The position numbers and the translations under genes are program-made. Of a stretch of DNA of 64,000 nt, positions 40,617 through 50,501 are shown piece after piece. The DNA comes from an uncultured Verrucomicrobiota bacterium (lineage in GTDB: Bacteria > Verrucomicrobiota > Kiritimatiellia > RZYC01): contig CAZISY010000002.1 of NCBI GenBank assembly GCA_964542025.1, positions 28,952-92,951 on the forward strand, written 5' to 3'. Every line of letters begins with the position of its first letter. Within the stretch, counting starts at the first letter, position 1. The notes beneath the pieces were generated by a model. It did no database searches. It worked only from the letters and a program-made list of their open reading frames with translations, and was not told where the DNA came from.

Positions 40617-41501
40617 ATGGCCATGCAAAGTATGACAGGTTATGGGCGCGGCGAGGTGAAAACGACGATGTTGAGTGTCGCGGTGGAGCTGAGCGCCGTT
40701 AACCGCAAGCAACTGGATGTGCACCTCCGCCTGGATCGCGATATTCAGGTGCTGGAACCGCAGATCACGACGGAAATCAACAGGCGCATTTCGCGTGGAC
40801 GGATCACCGGGGATGTGCGGATCGAATGGCGCACGGGATCGGAAGGTCGGGGGATGCGCGTTGATGAAGCCCTGGCGGCTGATTGTGTGAGTCGGCTGCG
40901 CAAGGCGGCCGCTCAGCTGAAGCTGAATGATGATCTCAGCGCAAGTCTGCTGCTCTCTCTTCCAAATGTGGTGACGTTTAAACAGAACACGCCGGATGCG
41001 GCGGCTTGTCTGCCTGATGTGATGAAGGCGTTGGACAAGGCGCTGGCGGCGCTGATTGCCATGCGCAAGCGGGAAGGTGCTGCGCTGGCCGATGATCTTT
41101 CCAACCGTTTGAAGCTCATGGAACGGCAGGTGGATGGGATTGAACGCAAGGCCCCGCAGGTAGCGGCGAAATACAGGGAAGATCTGCTTCGGCGCATCCG
41201 GGAAGCCGGTGTGGAACTGGATGAGCGGGAAGACCGTGTTGTTAAGGAAGTGGCGCTGTTTGCGGACCGTTCAGATATCAGCGAAGAGATTACGCGGTTG
41301 CGCAGTCACATCGCGCAAACCCGGAAGTTGTTTCGCGCGAAAGAGCCCTGCGGACGTCCGCTGGATTTTATTGCGCAGGAAATGTTCCGGGAGATCAACA
41401 CCATTGGTTCCAAGGCCAATGATGCGGGCATCATCCGGGAGGTGCTGGCATTCAAGACGGAACTCGAACGCTTCCGGGAACAGGTGCAAAACATCGAATG
41501 A
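40617..41501 (+). CDS. yicC: YicC/YloC family protein (stress-induced, endoribonuclease family)
   Basis: N-terminus MAMQSMTGYGRGE, the YicC_N signature, and a C-terminal DUF1732-like region. The conserved yicC-gmk arrangement supports the call. Confidence 0.75.
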   Translation: MAMQSMTGYGRGEVKTTMLSVAVELSAVNRKQLDVHLRLDRDIQVLEPQITTEINRRISRGRITGDVRIEWRTGSEGRGMRVDEALAADCVSRLRKAAAQLKLNDDLSASLLLSLPNVVTFKQNTPDAAACLPDVMKALDKALAALIAMRKREGAALADDLSNRLKLMERQVDGIERKAPQVAAKYREDLLRRIREAGVELDEREDRVVKEVALFADRSDISEEITRLRSHIAQTRKLFRAKEPCGRPLDFIAQEMFREINTIGSKANDAGIIREVLAFKTELERFREQVQNIE

Positions 41502-42127
41502 ATGCTTTCAGTAAATCTCCGGTTTGGATGGTGGTCTCGGCGCCTTCCGGCGCAGGCAAAACCACGCTGTGCAATCGGCTGCTGGATGATTACCGTTCCA
41601 TTTATTATTCCGTTTCATGCACGACGCGCAAAGCGCGCCCCACCGAAAAAGACGGCGTGAATTATCACTTCATTAATGAAGAAAACTTTCACCGTAAAAT
41701 TGCGGAGCAGGCGTTCTTGGAACACGCGCAGGTGCATGGTTCCATGTATGGAACCCTTAAGGCGTCCGTGGTGGATAAATTGTGCAGAGGGATTGATGTG
41801 CTGATGGACATTGATGTGCAGGGCGCGACGCAGATACGCCGGTACATTCAAGCGGACTCGTGCGACGAGGTGCTGCGCCGAGCGTATGTGGATGTGTTTA
41901 TTGCGCCGCCATCGATCGAGGCTTTGCGTGAGCGGCTGATCAAGCGCGGCGAAGATGAACCCGGCGTGATTGAGCGGCGTGTGCAGAATGCGCAGGAGGA
42001 GATGAGCCGCAGTCGTGAATATGATTATATCGTGGTGAACAGCGAGTTGGAGGAGGCGTATCAGCAGCTGCGCGCGATCTATATTTCCGCTCATTTCCGT
42101 GTGCGCCGTGCGGAAAAGAAAAAGTGA
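41498..42127 (+). CDS. gmk: Guanylate kinase
   Basis: P-loop SAPSGAGKTT and the catalytic SCTTR(K/P)..GE..G.YHF motif. 209 aa. Confidence 0.85.
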   Translation: MNAFSKSPVWMVVSAPSGAGKTTLCNRLLDDYRSIYYSVSCTTRKARPTEKDGVNYHFINEENFHRKIAEQAFLEHAQVHGSMYGTLKASVVDKLCRGIDVLMDIDVQGATQIRRYIQADSCDEVLRRAYVDVFIAPPSIEALRERLIKRGEDEPGVIERRVQNAQEEMSRSREYDYIVVNSELEEAYQQLRAIYISAHFRVRRAEKKK

Positions 42128-42354
42128 GCAATGTCAATTTTAATTCGTTGACGAAAATATGTGAAGGTATTACCGTCCATTCAAACCGAAAGGTTGTAGG
42201 TTGTTGGTCGTCGGTGCGAGTGCACAGGCGAAGGTGTAAAGGCGCCGAAAGGTGAAGTGAAATCAAAAAGAGCTCCAAATGTGGGGCGATCGGTTCACCG
42301 CAGGCGTATAAACAATCCGGGGAACAGCTGCCCCGGAAAATCGGAGGAATGGGC

Positions 42355-42534
42355 ATGGCCGTGATAAAGAAAGCAGCAGCGAAGCCTGCGAAAAAAGTAG
42401 TGAAAAAAGCAGCCGCGAAGCCTGTGAAGAAAGTGGCAGCCAAGAAGCCGGCAGCTAAAAAACCTGCAGCTAAGAAAGTCGTTAAAAAAGCGGCCGCCAA
42501 ACCTGCGGCAAAAAAAGTGGCCAAGAAGAAATAA
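42355..42534 (+). CDS. Histone H1-like Lys/Ala-rich nucleoid-associated protein
   Basis: About 60 aa made of AAKPAKK / KKAAAKP repeats (MAVIKKAAAKPAKKVVKKAAAKPVKK...). A GGAGGA Shine-Dalgarno lies 6 nt upstream of the ATG at 42355. An intrinsic terminator follows. Confidence 0.7.
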   Translation: MAVIKKAAAKPAKKVVKKAAAKPVKKVAAKKPAAKKPAAKKVVKKAAAKPAAKKVAKKK

Positions 42535-42548
42535 TTGCGCCGTGCAAG

Positions 42549-42577
42549 AAACCCGCCCGAAAGGCGGGTTTTTTTTT
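42549..42577 (+). terminator. Rho-independent terminator
   Basis: Stem CCCGCC, loop CGAAA, stem GGCGGG, followed by T9 (aaacccgcccgaaaggcgggttttttttt). Confidence 0.8.
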
Positions 42578-42698
42578 GCACTCATCCGGAGAGAAAGAGT
42601 TGGCCAATACGGGTGTGGTTTTATAAACTTCAGCTTCTTCGGGGGAATGTTGCAAGCCATGATAATAAACCGAAGGTAAAAGACGGCGAGGAGGATAA

Positions 42699-43274
42699 AT
42701 GAAAAGCGTTAAGGGAAGTCAGACAGAGAAGAATCTTTTAAAAACGTTTGCCGGAGAGTCGCAGGCGCGCATGCGTTACACGTATTATGCGAGCCAGGCC
42801 AAGAAGGATGGGTTTGTCCAGATATCCCAGGTGTTTGAAGAAACGGCCAATCAGGAAAAAGAACACGCCAAACGGATGTTCAAGTTTTTGGAGGGCGGGA
42901 TGCTGGAGATCACGGCGTCGTATCCGGCGGGAAAAATCGGAACCACGGAAGAGAACCTGACGGAAGCGGCCGCCGGGGAGAATGAAGAATGGACGATGCT
43001 GTATCCCGAGTTTGCGCGCATTGCCCGGAGCGAAGGGTATGAGCCGGTGGCCAAAATGTATGAAGCCATTGTGGTGGCAGAGCGGCAGCACGAGAAACGT
43101 TATTTGGATTTGCTGAAGAATCTGCGGGACGGGCTGGTCTTTAAAAAGCCGAAGACCGTGGTATGGCGCTGTATGAATTGCGGATATCTGCATGAAGGCG
43201 CGGAGGCCCCGGCGGTCTGTTCGGCCTGTCTGCATCCGCAGGCGTATTTTGAAGTACTTGGAGAAAACTGGTGA
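42699..43274 (+). CDS. rbr: Rubrerythrin
   Basis: Ferritin-like di-iron four-helix bundle (ExxH pairs: EKEHAKRM, ERQHEKRY) plus a C-terminal rubredoxin-like CxxC...CxxC (CMNCGY...CSAC). AGGAGG Shine-Dalgarno. Confidence 0.9.
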   Translation: MKSVKGSQTEKNLLKTFAGESQARMRYTYYASQAKKDGFVQISQVFEETANQEKEHAKRMFKFLEGGMLEITASYPAGKIGTTEENLTEAAAGENEEWTMLYPEFARIARSEGYEPVAKMYEAIVVAERQHEKRYLDLLKNLRDGLVFKKPKTVVWRCMNCGYLHEGAEAPAVCSACLHPQAYFEVLGENW

Positions 43275-43305
43275 TTGACACGTTAAGTTAAGAAAGGAGA
43301 GAGCC

Positions 43306-43683
43306 ATGACTAAGATGATGGAAATCTATAAGTGCGAGTTGTGCGGCAATATTGTGGAGATTGTCCATGCCGGCGGCGGACAGCTGATGTGCTGCGGAAA
43401 AGCCATGACATTACAGCAGGAGAACACGGTGGATGCCTCGAAAGAAAAGCATGTGCCCGTGATTGAAAAGGTGGCTGGCGGTTTTAAGGTGAAAGTCGGC
43501 GGCGTACCGCATCCAATGGAAGAAAAGCACTTCATCGAGTGGATCGAAATTCAGTTTGATAACAAGGTCGGACGGAAATTTCTAAAGCCGGGTGAAAAGC
43601 CGGAAGCGGTTTTTCTGGGCATTGATGCTCCGGAAATTAAGGCGCGGGAATATTGCAACATCCACGGATTGTGGAAATCGTAA
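43306..43683 (+). CDS. dfx: Desulfoferrodoxin (2Fe superoxide reductase)
   Basis: N-terminal desulforedoxin CxxC...CC (YKCELCGN...MCCGK) plus a neelaredoxin domain ([26 protein letters not shown]). Confidence 0.9.
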   Translation: MTKMMEIYKCELCGNIVEIVHAGGGQLMCCGKAMTLQQENTVDASKEKHVPVIEKVAGGFKVKVGGVPHPMEEKHFIEWIEIQFDNKVGRKFLKPGEKPEAVFLGIDAPEIKAREYCNIHGLWKS

Positions 43684-43697
43684 AGGAGTGCTCCCTT

Positions 43698-44204
43698 ATG
43701 CTGAATCAAACCGTTGCAGAGGCCTTGAATTGTCAGATCAACAATGAGTTGTATTCCGCGTACCTGTATCAGGCGCTTTCGTCCTATGCTCAGCAGATTG
43801 GGCTGAAGGGCGTGGCGAACTGGTTCCAAATTCAGGCGCAGGAGGAAATGACTCATGCGATGAAGTTTTACAACTACCTGATCAGTCAGGGTGCTCCGGC
43901 GATTATGCGGGCGATTGATGAGCCGCCTGCATTATTTGATGATGTCGCGAGCATGTTTGAAAAAACGCTGGAACACGAGCAGTTCATCACCAAGTGCATT
44001 GCCGATTTGGTGGATCTGGCTCGCCAGGAAAAAGATCACGCCACGGAAATCATGCTCCAGTGGTTTGTGACCGAGCAGGTGGAAGAAGAGGAGCGAGTGC
44101 TGGAAATCATGGGGCAACTGAAACTGGCGGGACAGGCCGGGTTGTTCATGATTGACCGGGAACTGGGCACGCGGGTGTTTGTTCCCCCTCCGGAAGGCAA
44201 GTAA
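43698..44204 (+). CDS. ftn: Non-heme ferritin
   Basis: 168 aa. Ferroxidase-centre residues in ELYSAYLY and QAQEEMTHAMKF. AAAGGAG Shine-Dalgarno 9 nt upstream. Confidence 0.85.
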   Translation: MLNQTVAEALNCQINNELYSAYLYQALSSYAQQIGLKGVANWFQIQAQEEMTHAMKFYNYLISQGAPAIMRAIDEPPALFDDVASMFEKTLEHEQFITKCIADLVDLARQEKDHATEIMLQWFVTEQVEEEERVLEIMGQLKLAGQAGLFMIDRELGTRVFVPPPEGK

Positions 44205-44220
44205 ATAAAAATTGCAACAG

Positions 44221-44254
44221 GGACCCCGGCGAGAGCCGGGGTCCTTTCTGTTTT
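44221..44254 (+). terminator. Rho-independent terminator
   Basis: GGACCCCGGC, loop gaga, GCCGGGGTCC, followed by TTTCTGTTTT, ending at the zwf ATG. Confidence 0.75.
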
Positions 44255-45700
44255 ATGAAGACCGCTGCACACGAGCAGACTGACTTTTTGGCGCTGGTGA
44301 TATTGGGCGCTTCGGGGGATTTGGCGCGGCGCAAAATATATCCGGCCCTGTTTGCCCTTTTTTGTCAGGACTATCTGCCGGAACGTTTCCGAATTTACGG
44401 ATATGCCCGATCGGGCTTTACCCGCGAGGTGTGGGCGGAACGAATTTATTCGCGGCTGACTTGTCGCTACACTCCGGATCACTCCTGTGCGGCCAGGATG
44501 GATTCGTTTATGGAACACTGCGCGTATCGGAGTGGTTCCTATGATTCACCGTCGGGATTCCGCCAATTGCGGGAAGAGATCTTGGCGGATGCGGATGGGG
44601 CGCGCGTGAATGTGCTGATTTACTTTGCGCTGCCGTCGAATGCGTTTCTTTCGGCGGCCGGTATGATCCATCAGGCGGGCTGGACGGGAAGCTCTCCGTT
44701 AGGAGGATGGCTTCGATGCGTGATGGAGAAACCATTCGGCTACGATCTGGAGGGGTTTCGCGGATTGACGAGTGACCTGTCGGCACTCTTTGATGAGTCG
44801 CAGATCTATCGCATTGATCATTATCTGGGCAAAGAGATTGTTCAAAACTTGATGGTGCTTCGGTTTGGCAATCTGGTGTTTGAACCCCTGTGGAACAGGC
44901 ATTCTATTGAACGGGTGGAGTTTTCGTGTTTAGAGGACATCGGAGTGGAGGGGCGCGGAGCGTATTTTGATCGATACGGCATCATTCGGGACATCATGCA
45001 GAATCACATGCTGCAGATGGCCGCGCTCACCGGCATGGAGCATCCGGGGGAAATTCCGGGCGGGGTGCGTGATGCAAAGGTGAATTTTCTGAAGGCCGTA
45101 GCGCCTGTTCAGCCGGATTCGTGCGTGCTGGGGCAGTATGGCGAGGGAACAGTGAACGGGGTGTTTCATAATGCCTATACGGAAGAAGAGTCGGTATGGC
45201 ATGATTCTCATACGCCGACTTATGCCGAATGCCTGTTGCGGGTCAATAATCCGCGTTGGGCGGGAGTGCCTTTTGTTTTTCGGGCCGGCAAGGGCTGTGC
45301 CGAACGGAAAACGGAAATCCAGCTGACGTTTCGGAAGACGCCTTCGAATCCCTTTGAGGCGGAATGCGGTCCGCAGAGCAGCAACCGATTGGTTATTCGT
45401 GTGCAGCCGGATGAGCAAATTGTTCTGCGTATTCACAGTAAATGTCCGGGGCTGGACTGGCGAATTGAGGAACGGAATCTTCAACTGCACTATGAGTCCG
45501 CCTTTCGGGAAACGATTCCTGATGCGTATGAGGCATTGCTGCTGGAAGTGCTGAAGGGCGACCGCAGTCTTTTTTTGCGGTATGATGAGCTGGAGTTGTC
45601 ATGGGCGATTTTTACGCCGCTGCTTCAGGCCGCGGATAATAATCTGCTTCCTGTGTCGAAATATGCCTTTGGTTCTAACGGTCCTCCCGCTATATTATGA
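44255..45700 (+). CDS. zwf: Glucose-6-phosphate 1-dehydrogenase
   Basis: N-terminal ILGASGDLARRKIYPALF NADP motif and the active-site RIDHYLGKE. 481 aa. Confidence 0.9.
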   Translation: MKTAAHEQTDFLALVILGASGDLARRKIYPALFALFCQDYLPERFRIYGYARSGFTREVWAERIYSRLTCRYTPDHSCAARMDSFMEHCAYRSGSYDSPSGFRQLREEILADADGARVNVLIYFALPSNAFLSAAGMIHQAGWTGSSPLGGWLRCVMEKPFGYDLEGFRGLTSDLSALFDESQIYRIDHYLGKEIVQNLMVLRFGNLVFEPLWNRHSIERVEFSCLEDIGVEGRGAYFDRYGIIRDIMQNHMLQMAALTGMEHPGEIPGGVRDAKVNFLKAVAPVQPDSCVLGQYGEGTVNGVFHNAYTEEESVWHDSHTPTYAECLLRVNNPRWAGVPFVFRAGKGCAERKTEIQLTFRKTPSNPFEAECGPQSSNRLVIRVQPDEQIVLRIHSKCPGLDWRIEERNLQLHYESAFRETIPDAYEALLLEVLKGDRSLFLRYDELELSWAIFTPLLQAADNNLLPVSKYAFGSNGPPAIL

Positions 45701-45729
45701 ATCGAATCTGGTAATAGTTTTTCCGGTGT

Positions 45730-48648
45730 GTGATTGGACAGGCTATGCGGCGGTTTGCTGATCTGACCATCAAATGGAAGCTGACACTGATCATTTTGCT
45801 GACCAGTACGCTTTCCCTGTTATTGGCGGACGGCGCCTTTTTTATATACGATCTGATCAATTCCAAAAGCAATGAAATCGAGGCCATAGGGTTGCTGGCG
45901 GATGTCGTGTCAGACAACTGTGCCGGTGCGCTGCACGAGGATGACCCTGGTCAGGCCCGCGCAGTCCTGGCCTCGCTCGCAAAAAACCCTCACATTATTC
46001 GTGCGGTATTGAGTGATGCCGACGGGGAGGTGTTTGCCACGCATGGGCACGAGGACTGGATCGGCAACGGACGCGAAACCCAGGCGGATGCCGCATATCG
46101 GGAGAAGGTGCTGGCAAGGGCTGTGGATGTCTCGCGGCGTATCATGCACGACGGGCACGTCATTGGACGGCTGACGATTATTGCGGATGTGGATGTTTTT
46201 CAGAAGGGTGTTTTTCAATATGTAAAAATCACGCTTTTGATGTTTCTATTAACGGTGTGTTCCGCTCTGCTGCTGGCTTTGCTGATGCAGCGGATTATCT
46301 CACATCCGATCATGCGCATCACAAAAGCGGCTCAGCGGATCAGCACGGGCGAGGATTACAATTTGCGCGTGGAGAATGTGGGGCAGGATGAAATCGGCGC
46401 GCTGGTGCAAAGCTTCAACAATATGCTCGGCCAGATACGCATCCGGGAAGACGAGCTGCACAAGCACCGGGAGCATCTGGAGGAATTGGTTGATCAGCGC
46501 GCCGCCGTAATCAAAAAAACGAACGAGGAACTTCGCAAGGAGGTATGGGAGCGCAAACGCGCGCAGCACGCCCTGGTGCGGCTGAATGAAGAACTCGAAG
46601 ACCGGGTCAATGAGCGGACGCGGGCATTGCAGGAGAACATTCGTGAGCTGAAAACCGTTAGCGATGCCCTTGAACGGGAACGTAATTTGTTTATGGACGG
46701 GCCGGTCGTGGCTTTTAAGTGGAAGGCGGCAGGCGGGCTGCCGATTGAATATGTTTCCACCAACATTGATCAGTTCGGATATCGGCGCGAGGAGCTGATT
46801 GATCATCAGATCCCGTATATCATGATGGTCCATGAGGATGACAGGGAACGGGTCGTTCAGCATTTGCAGGCGGAGACAGCAAAGGGGCAGCGCTCCATCG
46901 AGCAGGATTACCGCATGCTGACATCGCGCGGAGAAATCAAGTGGGTATATTGTTACATCATAACCGTGCGAAACCCTGAAGGCGAAATTACGCATTATGA
47001 TGGGTACATGCTCGACATGACTGAGCGGCGCAACATGCAGCAGGCGCTGCATGACAGTGAACAGCGCCTGAGTCTTGCGCTGAAAGCCACGAATGATGCC
47101 CTGTGGGACTGGGATTTCAAGGCGGGCTCGCTGTATGTGACGCCGAAATGGAACGCGATGCTGGGCTATGATGAAGCTGAGTCGCCGCTGACGCATAATG
47201 AAATGCTGCAATATGTGCATCCGGATGACCGGGAGTATATTCGAAAAATGCTGGCCGATCATATCAGCGGAAAGACGCCCGGGTTTGAAACGGAATATCG
47301 TTTTCGCATGAAAAACGGCGAGTACAAATGGATCATGGACCGCGGTCGGGTCGTGGAATGGAGTGGGAAAAATCACCCGACGCGCATGATCGGAACTTAC
47401 ACCGACATCACAGAACAGAAAGTGGTGGAATTGCAGATTTCGCTGCAGCGTGCACTCTTGAAATCCATGATCAATTCAATTCCGGACCTCATATTCTACA
47501 AGGACATGGACGGCATTTATCTGGGGTGCAACCCGGCTTTCTGTGAATTTGTCGGAAAAGATTGGGATGATATTGTCGGACGGAGCGATTACGACTTGTT
47601 TGAACATGATCTGGCCGAGCAGTTCCGAATGACCGATGCGTTGATGCTGCAGGAAGCAAAGTCGCGAATTAACGAATACTGGGTGGATTATCCTGATGGA
47701 CGGAAGGTGCTTCTCAGCACCCTGCGGACTCCATACTATGGACCGGCGGGAGAAACACTCGGAGTGGTGGGGATCAGTCGCGATGTTACGGCTCATCGGC
47801 ACGCGGAACAGGAACTGGCGGAGAAGCAGGCGCAATTGGTCCATTCCGGCCGGCTTGCGGCCCTCGGTGAAATGTCCACCGCCATTGCCCATGAATTGGG
47901 ACAGCCGCTGCAAATCATCAAAACTTCGGCAGGGATTATTGATGAGGAATTAAATGGGGAAAAACCGGATATCCCCTCCATAAAGAGCGTGGTGGAGAAA
48001 ATTCAGAAACAGGTTCACCGTGCCGCCACCATCATTCACAATGTGAGGTCCTTTGCCCGGCAGGAGAATGATGTGGGGCTGACTTCCCGTGTGGATTTGA
48101 AAGTGCCTCTGATGGATGCGCTTTCCTTTTTCAAAGAACAATTTCGTCAGCATCAGGTGCAGCTCGACGTGGAATGCGATGAGCAGCTTCCATCGGCACG
48201 CGTTAATGCCCAGAAATTTCAGCAGATCATTGTGAATCTGCTTTCGAATGCGCGGTATGCGGTAGATAAAAAAGAAGCAAAAAAAATCCATAAGTATGCT
48301 AAGCATGTATCGGTCCGGATGTACCGAAAAACAGAGAGCGTCACGGCACCGGAACGAATCATTCTGGAGGTATGCGATAACGGAATCGGGATGACCGAGG
48401 AAGAACGGGAGCGTTGCATGGATCCGTTTTTCACTACGAAACCGGTTGGTGAGGGTACCGGGCTCGGCCTTTCAATACTCTATGGCATTGTGAAAGATTT
48501 TCGGGGGCATGTGGAAATTGAAACCGAAGAAGGCGAGGGGACCGTGTTCCGCATTATCATTCCGCTGGAGGAGCCGGAGGCTGCGGGAGGATCGGTCAGG
48601 AGGCATAATACGGAAAAGGAAACAGGCGCTGTATTGATTAAAAATTGA
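45730..48648 (+). CDS. Membrane sensor histidine kinase with HAMP and three PAS domains
   Basis: 972 aa. TM, periplasmic-like region, TM, HAMP, a coiled coil, three PAS/PAC modules, then HisKA (AIAHELGQPLQ) and HATPase (GTGLGLSILYGIV). Confidence 0.8.
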   Translation: MIGQAMRRFADLTIKWKLTLIILLTSTLSLLLADGAFFIYDLINSKSNEIEAIGLLADVVSDNCAGALHEDDPGQARAVLASLAKNPHIIRAVLSDADGEVFATHGHEDWIGNGRETQADAAYREKVLARAVDVSRRIMHDGHVIGRLTIIADVDVFQKGVFQYVKITLLMFLLTVCSALLLALLMQRIISHPIMRITKAAQRISTGEDYNLRVENVGQDEIGALVQSFNNMLGQIRIREDELHKHREHLEELVDQRAAVIKKTNEELRKEVWERKRAQHALVRLNEELEDRVNERTRALQENIRELKTVSDALERERNLFMDGPVVAFKWKAAGGLPIEYVSTNIDQFGYRREELIDHQIPYIMMVHEDDRERVVQHLQAETAKGQRSIEQDYRMLTSRGEIKWVYCYIITVRNPEGEITHYDGYMLDMTERRNMQQALHDSEQRLSLALKATNDALWDWDFKAGSLYVTPKWNAMLGYDEAESPLTHNEMLQYVHPDDREYIRKMLADHISGKTPGFETEYRFRMKNGEYKWIMDRGRVVEWSGKNHPTRMIGTYTDITEQKVVELQISLQRALLKSMINSIPDLIFYKDMDGIYLGCNPAFCEFVGKDWDDIVGRSDYDLFEHDLAEQFRMTDALMLQEAKSRINEYWVDYPDGRKVLLSTLRTPYYGPAGETLGVVGISRDVTAHRHAEQELAEKQAQLVHSGRLAALGEMSTAIAHELGQPLQIIKTSAGIIDEELNGEKPDIPSIKSVVEKIQKQVHRAATIIHNVRSFARQENDVGLTSRVDLKVPLMDALSFFKEQFRQHQVQLDVECDEQLPSARVNAQKFQQIIVNLLSNARYAVDKKEAKKIHKYAKHVSVRMYRKTESVTAPERIILEVCDNGIGMTEEERERCMDPFFTTKPVGEGTGLGLSILYGIVKDFRGHVEIETEEGEGTVFRIIIPLEEPEAAGGSVRRHNTEKETGAVLIKN

Positions 48649-48770
48649 ACGATGTGAAGCGCGGCGTGTATAACCAGTTGATTGCTATGGCATTGATAGG
48701 CGCTTGATTAGCGGAATGAATCCGTTTAAGCTGATAGCCCGTTGATGGACGGCGGGGGTAAGGTGTACCG

Positions 48771-50465
48771 ATGGAACATTCGATGGAAAGTCAAATCAGG
48801 GTGCTCATCGTGGATGATGAGCGGGAATTCACGGAGCTCATGTTGCATGCGTTGCGGATGCTTCCGTATTGCATAGAAGCAGCCAACTCCGGCGAGGAAG
48901 CTTTGGAGCACATTCAGAACAATCGGGTGGACATTCTGATTACTGATGTGCGCATGCCCGGCATGAGCGGTTTTGATTTGATGGAAAAAGTTCACCAGAT
49001 CAACCCGGACACGCATGTCATTGCCATTTCGGCGCACGGCAAACTGGATACGGCCGTGGAGTTTATGAAAAAGGGCGCGGTGGATTTTCTGCAGAAGCCG
49101 GTGGACAATGTCGATATTCAGTTGGCCATTGAGTCGGCAGCGGACAAGTGGCGCCTCCGCCAGGAATTGCATATGGCGAATCGCCATTTAAAGCGGATGA
49201 ACGATTCTCTCCAGCATGAAATACGGGAGCGAAAAAATGCGGAAGACCGCATGTTGGCCACCAACCAGCAGCTGGAGGCCGCGTTGACAGAATTGAAGCG
49301 AACGCAGCAGCAACTGGTAAAGCAGGAACGCATGGGAGCGCTGGGGCAGATGGCCCGCGGTGTGGCGCATGATTTCAACAATGCGCTTCAACCGATCATG
49401 CTGGCGGCCGGATTCATTCAATCCAATCCGCAGCGCCTGATTGAAATGGGCATCCTCGGTGAATACATTGATGAAATTGTGCAGGCCACGGAAGCTGCCG
49501 CCGATACGGTGAAAAGGCTGGTTCGCTTCTATGGATCAACGGGGCAGGCGGAAGTTACGACGATTGATTTAAATGAATTGATCCGCTCGGTGGTGGATAT
49601 AACCCGGCCGCGCTGGAAAAACGAGGCCATGGCGATGGGAAAGACCATAGAAATGATCACACAGCTCGGGGATCACTGCCGGGTTGACGGATTCCGCGAT
49701 GAGTTGCGGGAAGTGTTTGTGAATTTGATTTTTAATTCGGTGGAGGCCGTTGAGCAGAGGGGGACGATCGCCATTACCACGCGCAGCAGCGGCGGAAAAG
49801 TCGTTGTGACGGTGCGCGACGATGGATGCGGAATGTCGGAAGACATCAAGCAGCGCTGCATGGAGCCTTTTGTGACCACCCGCATGCAAAAAGGGTCGGG
49901 GCTCGGGCTTTCGGTGGTGTATGGTGTTGTCGAGCAACATAAGGGAACAATCAATATCGATAGCGAAGTGGGACAGGGCACTACGGTAACGATTTCTTTC
50001 CCGCTTTCCGAGGGGAAGCCGGAATGGATTCCCGATAAAACCCGGAAACAGGCGTCAGGCCGGGACGAAACCACGCCCATGGCAGGCCCGGAGCAGATTT
50101 ATTCCATACTTGTGGTGGATGATGAACTGCCGATGCGGAGAATGCTGACGCGTGTTTTGAAGCGTATGGGCCACGATGTCGATGCCGAAGACAGCGGCCA
50201 GACCGGATGGAACAGATTTCAAACAAAAAAATATGATCTGGTGATTACGGATCAGGCGATGCCGGAAATGACCGGTGATCGGTTGGCCGCCATGATAAAA
50301 AGTGCCGGAAAGACTCCGGTGATTATGGTGACCGGATTCGGTGATTTGCTGCGTGCCCGTGATAATCCGCCGGAAAACATTGATTTGCTCTTAAGCAAGC
50401 CGATTCAAATTGAGCAGCTTACGGATGGCATTCGGTCGGTAATGGGGCGGGAGCAAAAAGCCTGA
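48771..50465 (+). CDS. Hybrid REC-HisKA-HATPase-REC protein
   Basis: N-terminal receiver (VLIVDDE...ITDVRMPGMSG), a coiled coil, HisKA (GVAHDFNNALQ), HATPase (GSGLGLSVVYGVV) and a second C-terminal receiver (ILVVDDE...ITDQAMPEMTG). Confidence 0.8.
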   Translation: MEHSMESQIRVLIVDDEREFTELMLHALRMLPYCIEAANSGEEALEHIQNNRVDILITDVRMPGMSGFDLMEKVHQINPDTHVIAISAHGKLDTAVEFMKKGAVDFLQKPVDNVDIQLAIESAADKWRLRQELHMANRHLKRMNDSLQHEIRERKNAEDRMLATNQQLEAALTELKRTQQQLVKQERMGALGQMARGVAHDFNNALQPIMLAAGFIQSNPQRLIEMGILGEYIDEIVQATEAAADTVKRLVRFYGSTGQAEVTTIDLNELIRSVVDITRPRWKNEAMAMGKTIEMITQLGDHCRVDGFRDELREVFVNLIFNSVEAVEQRGTIAITTRSSGGKVVVTVRDDGCGMSEDIKQRCMEPFVTTRMQKGSGLGLSVVYGVVEQHKGTINIDSEVGQGTTVTISFPLSEGKPEWIPDKTRKQASGRDETTPMAGPEQIYSILVVDDELPMRRMLTRVLKRMGHDVDAEDSGQTGWNRFQTKKYDLVITDQAMPEMTGDRLAAMIKSAGKTPVIMVTGFGDLLRARDNPPENIDLLLSKPIQIEQLTDGIRSVMGREQKA

Positions 50466-50501
50466 TTCGTTGAGTTGCAGCCGTTAATCAAGGGGTGCGC
50501 G

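Noticed and set aside
42349-42354. Upstream ATG (MGM...) as the start of the histone-like gene
   Set aside because: The GGAGGA Shine-Dalgarno abuts this ATG with no spacing. The second ATG at 42355 has the optimal 6-nt spacing.
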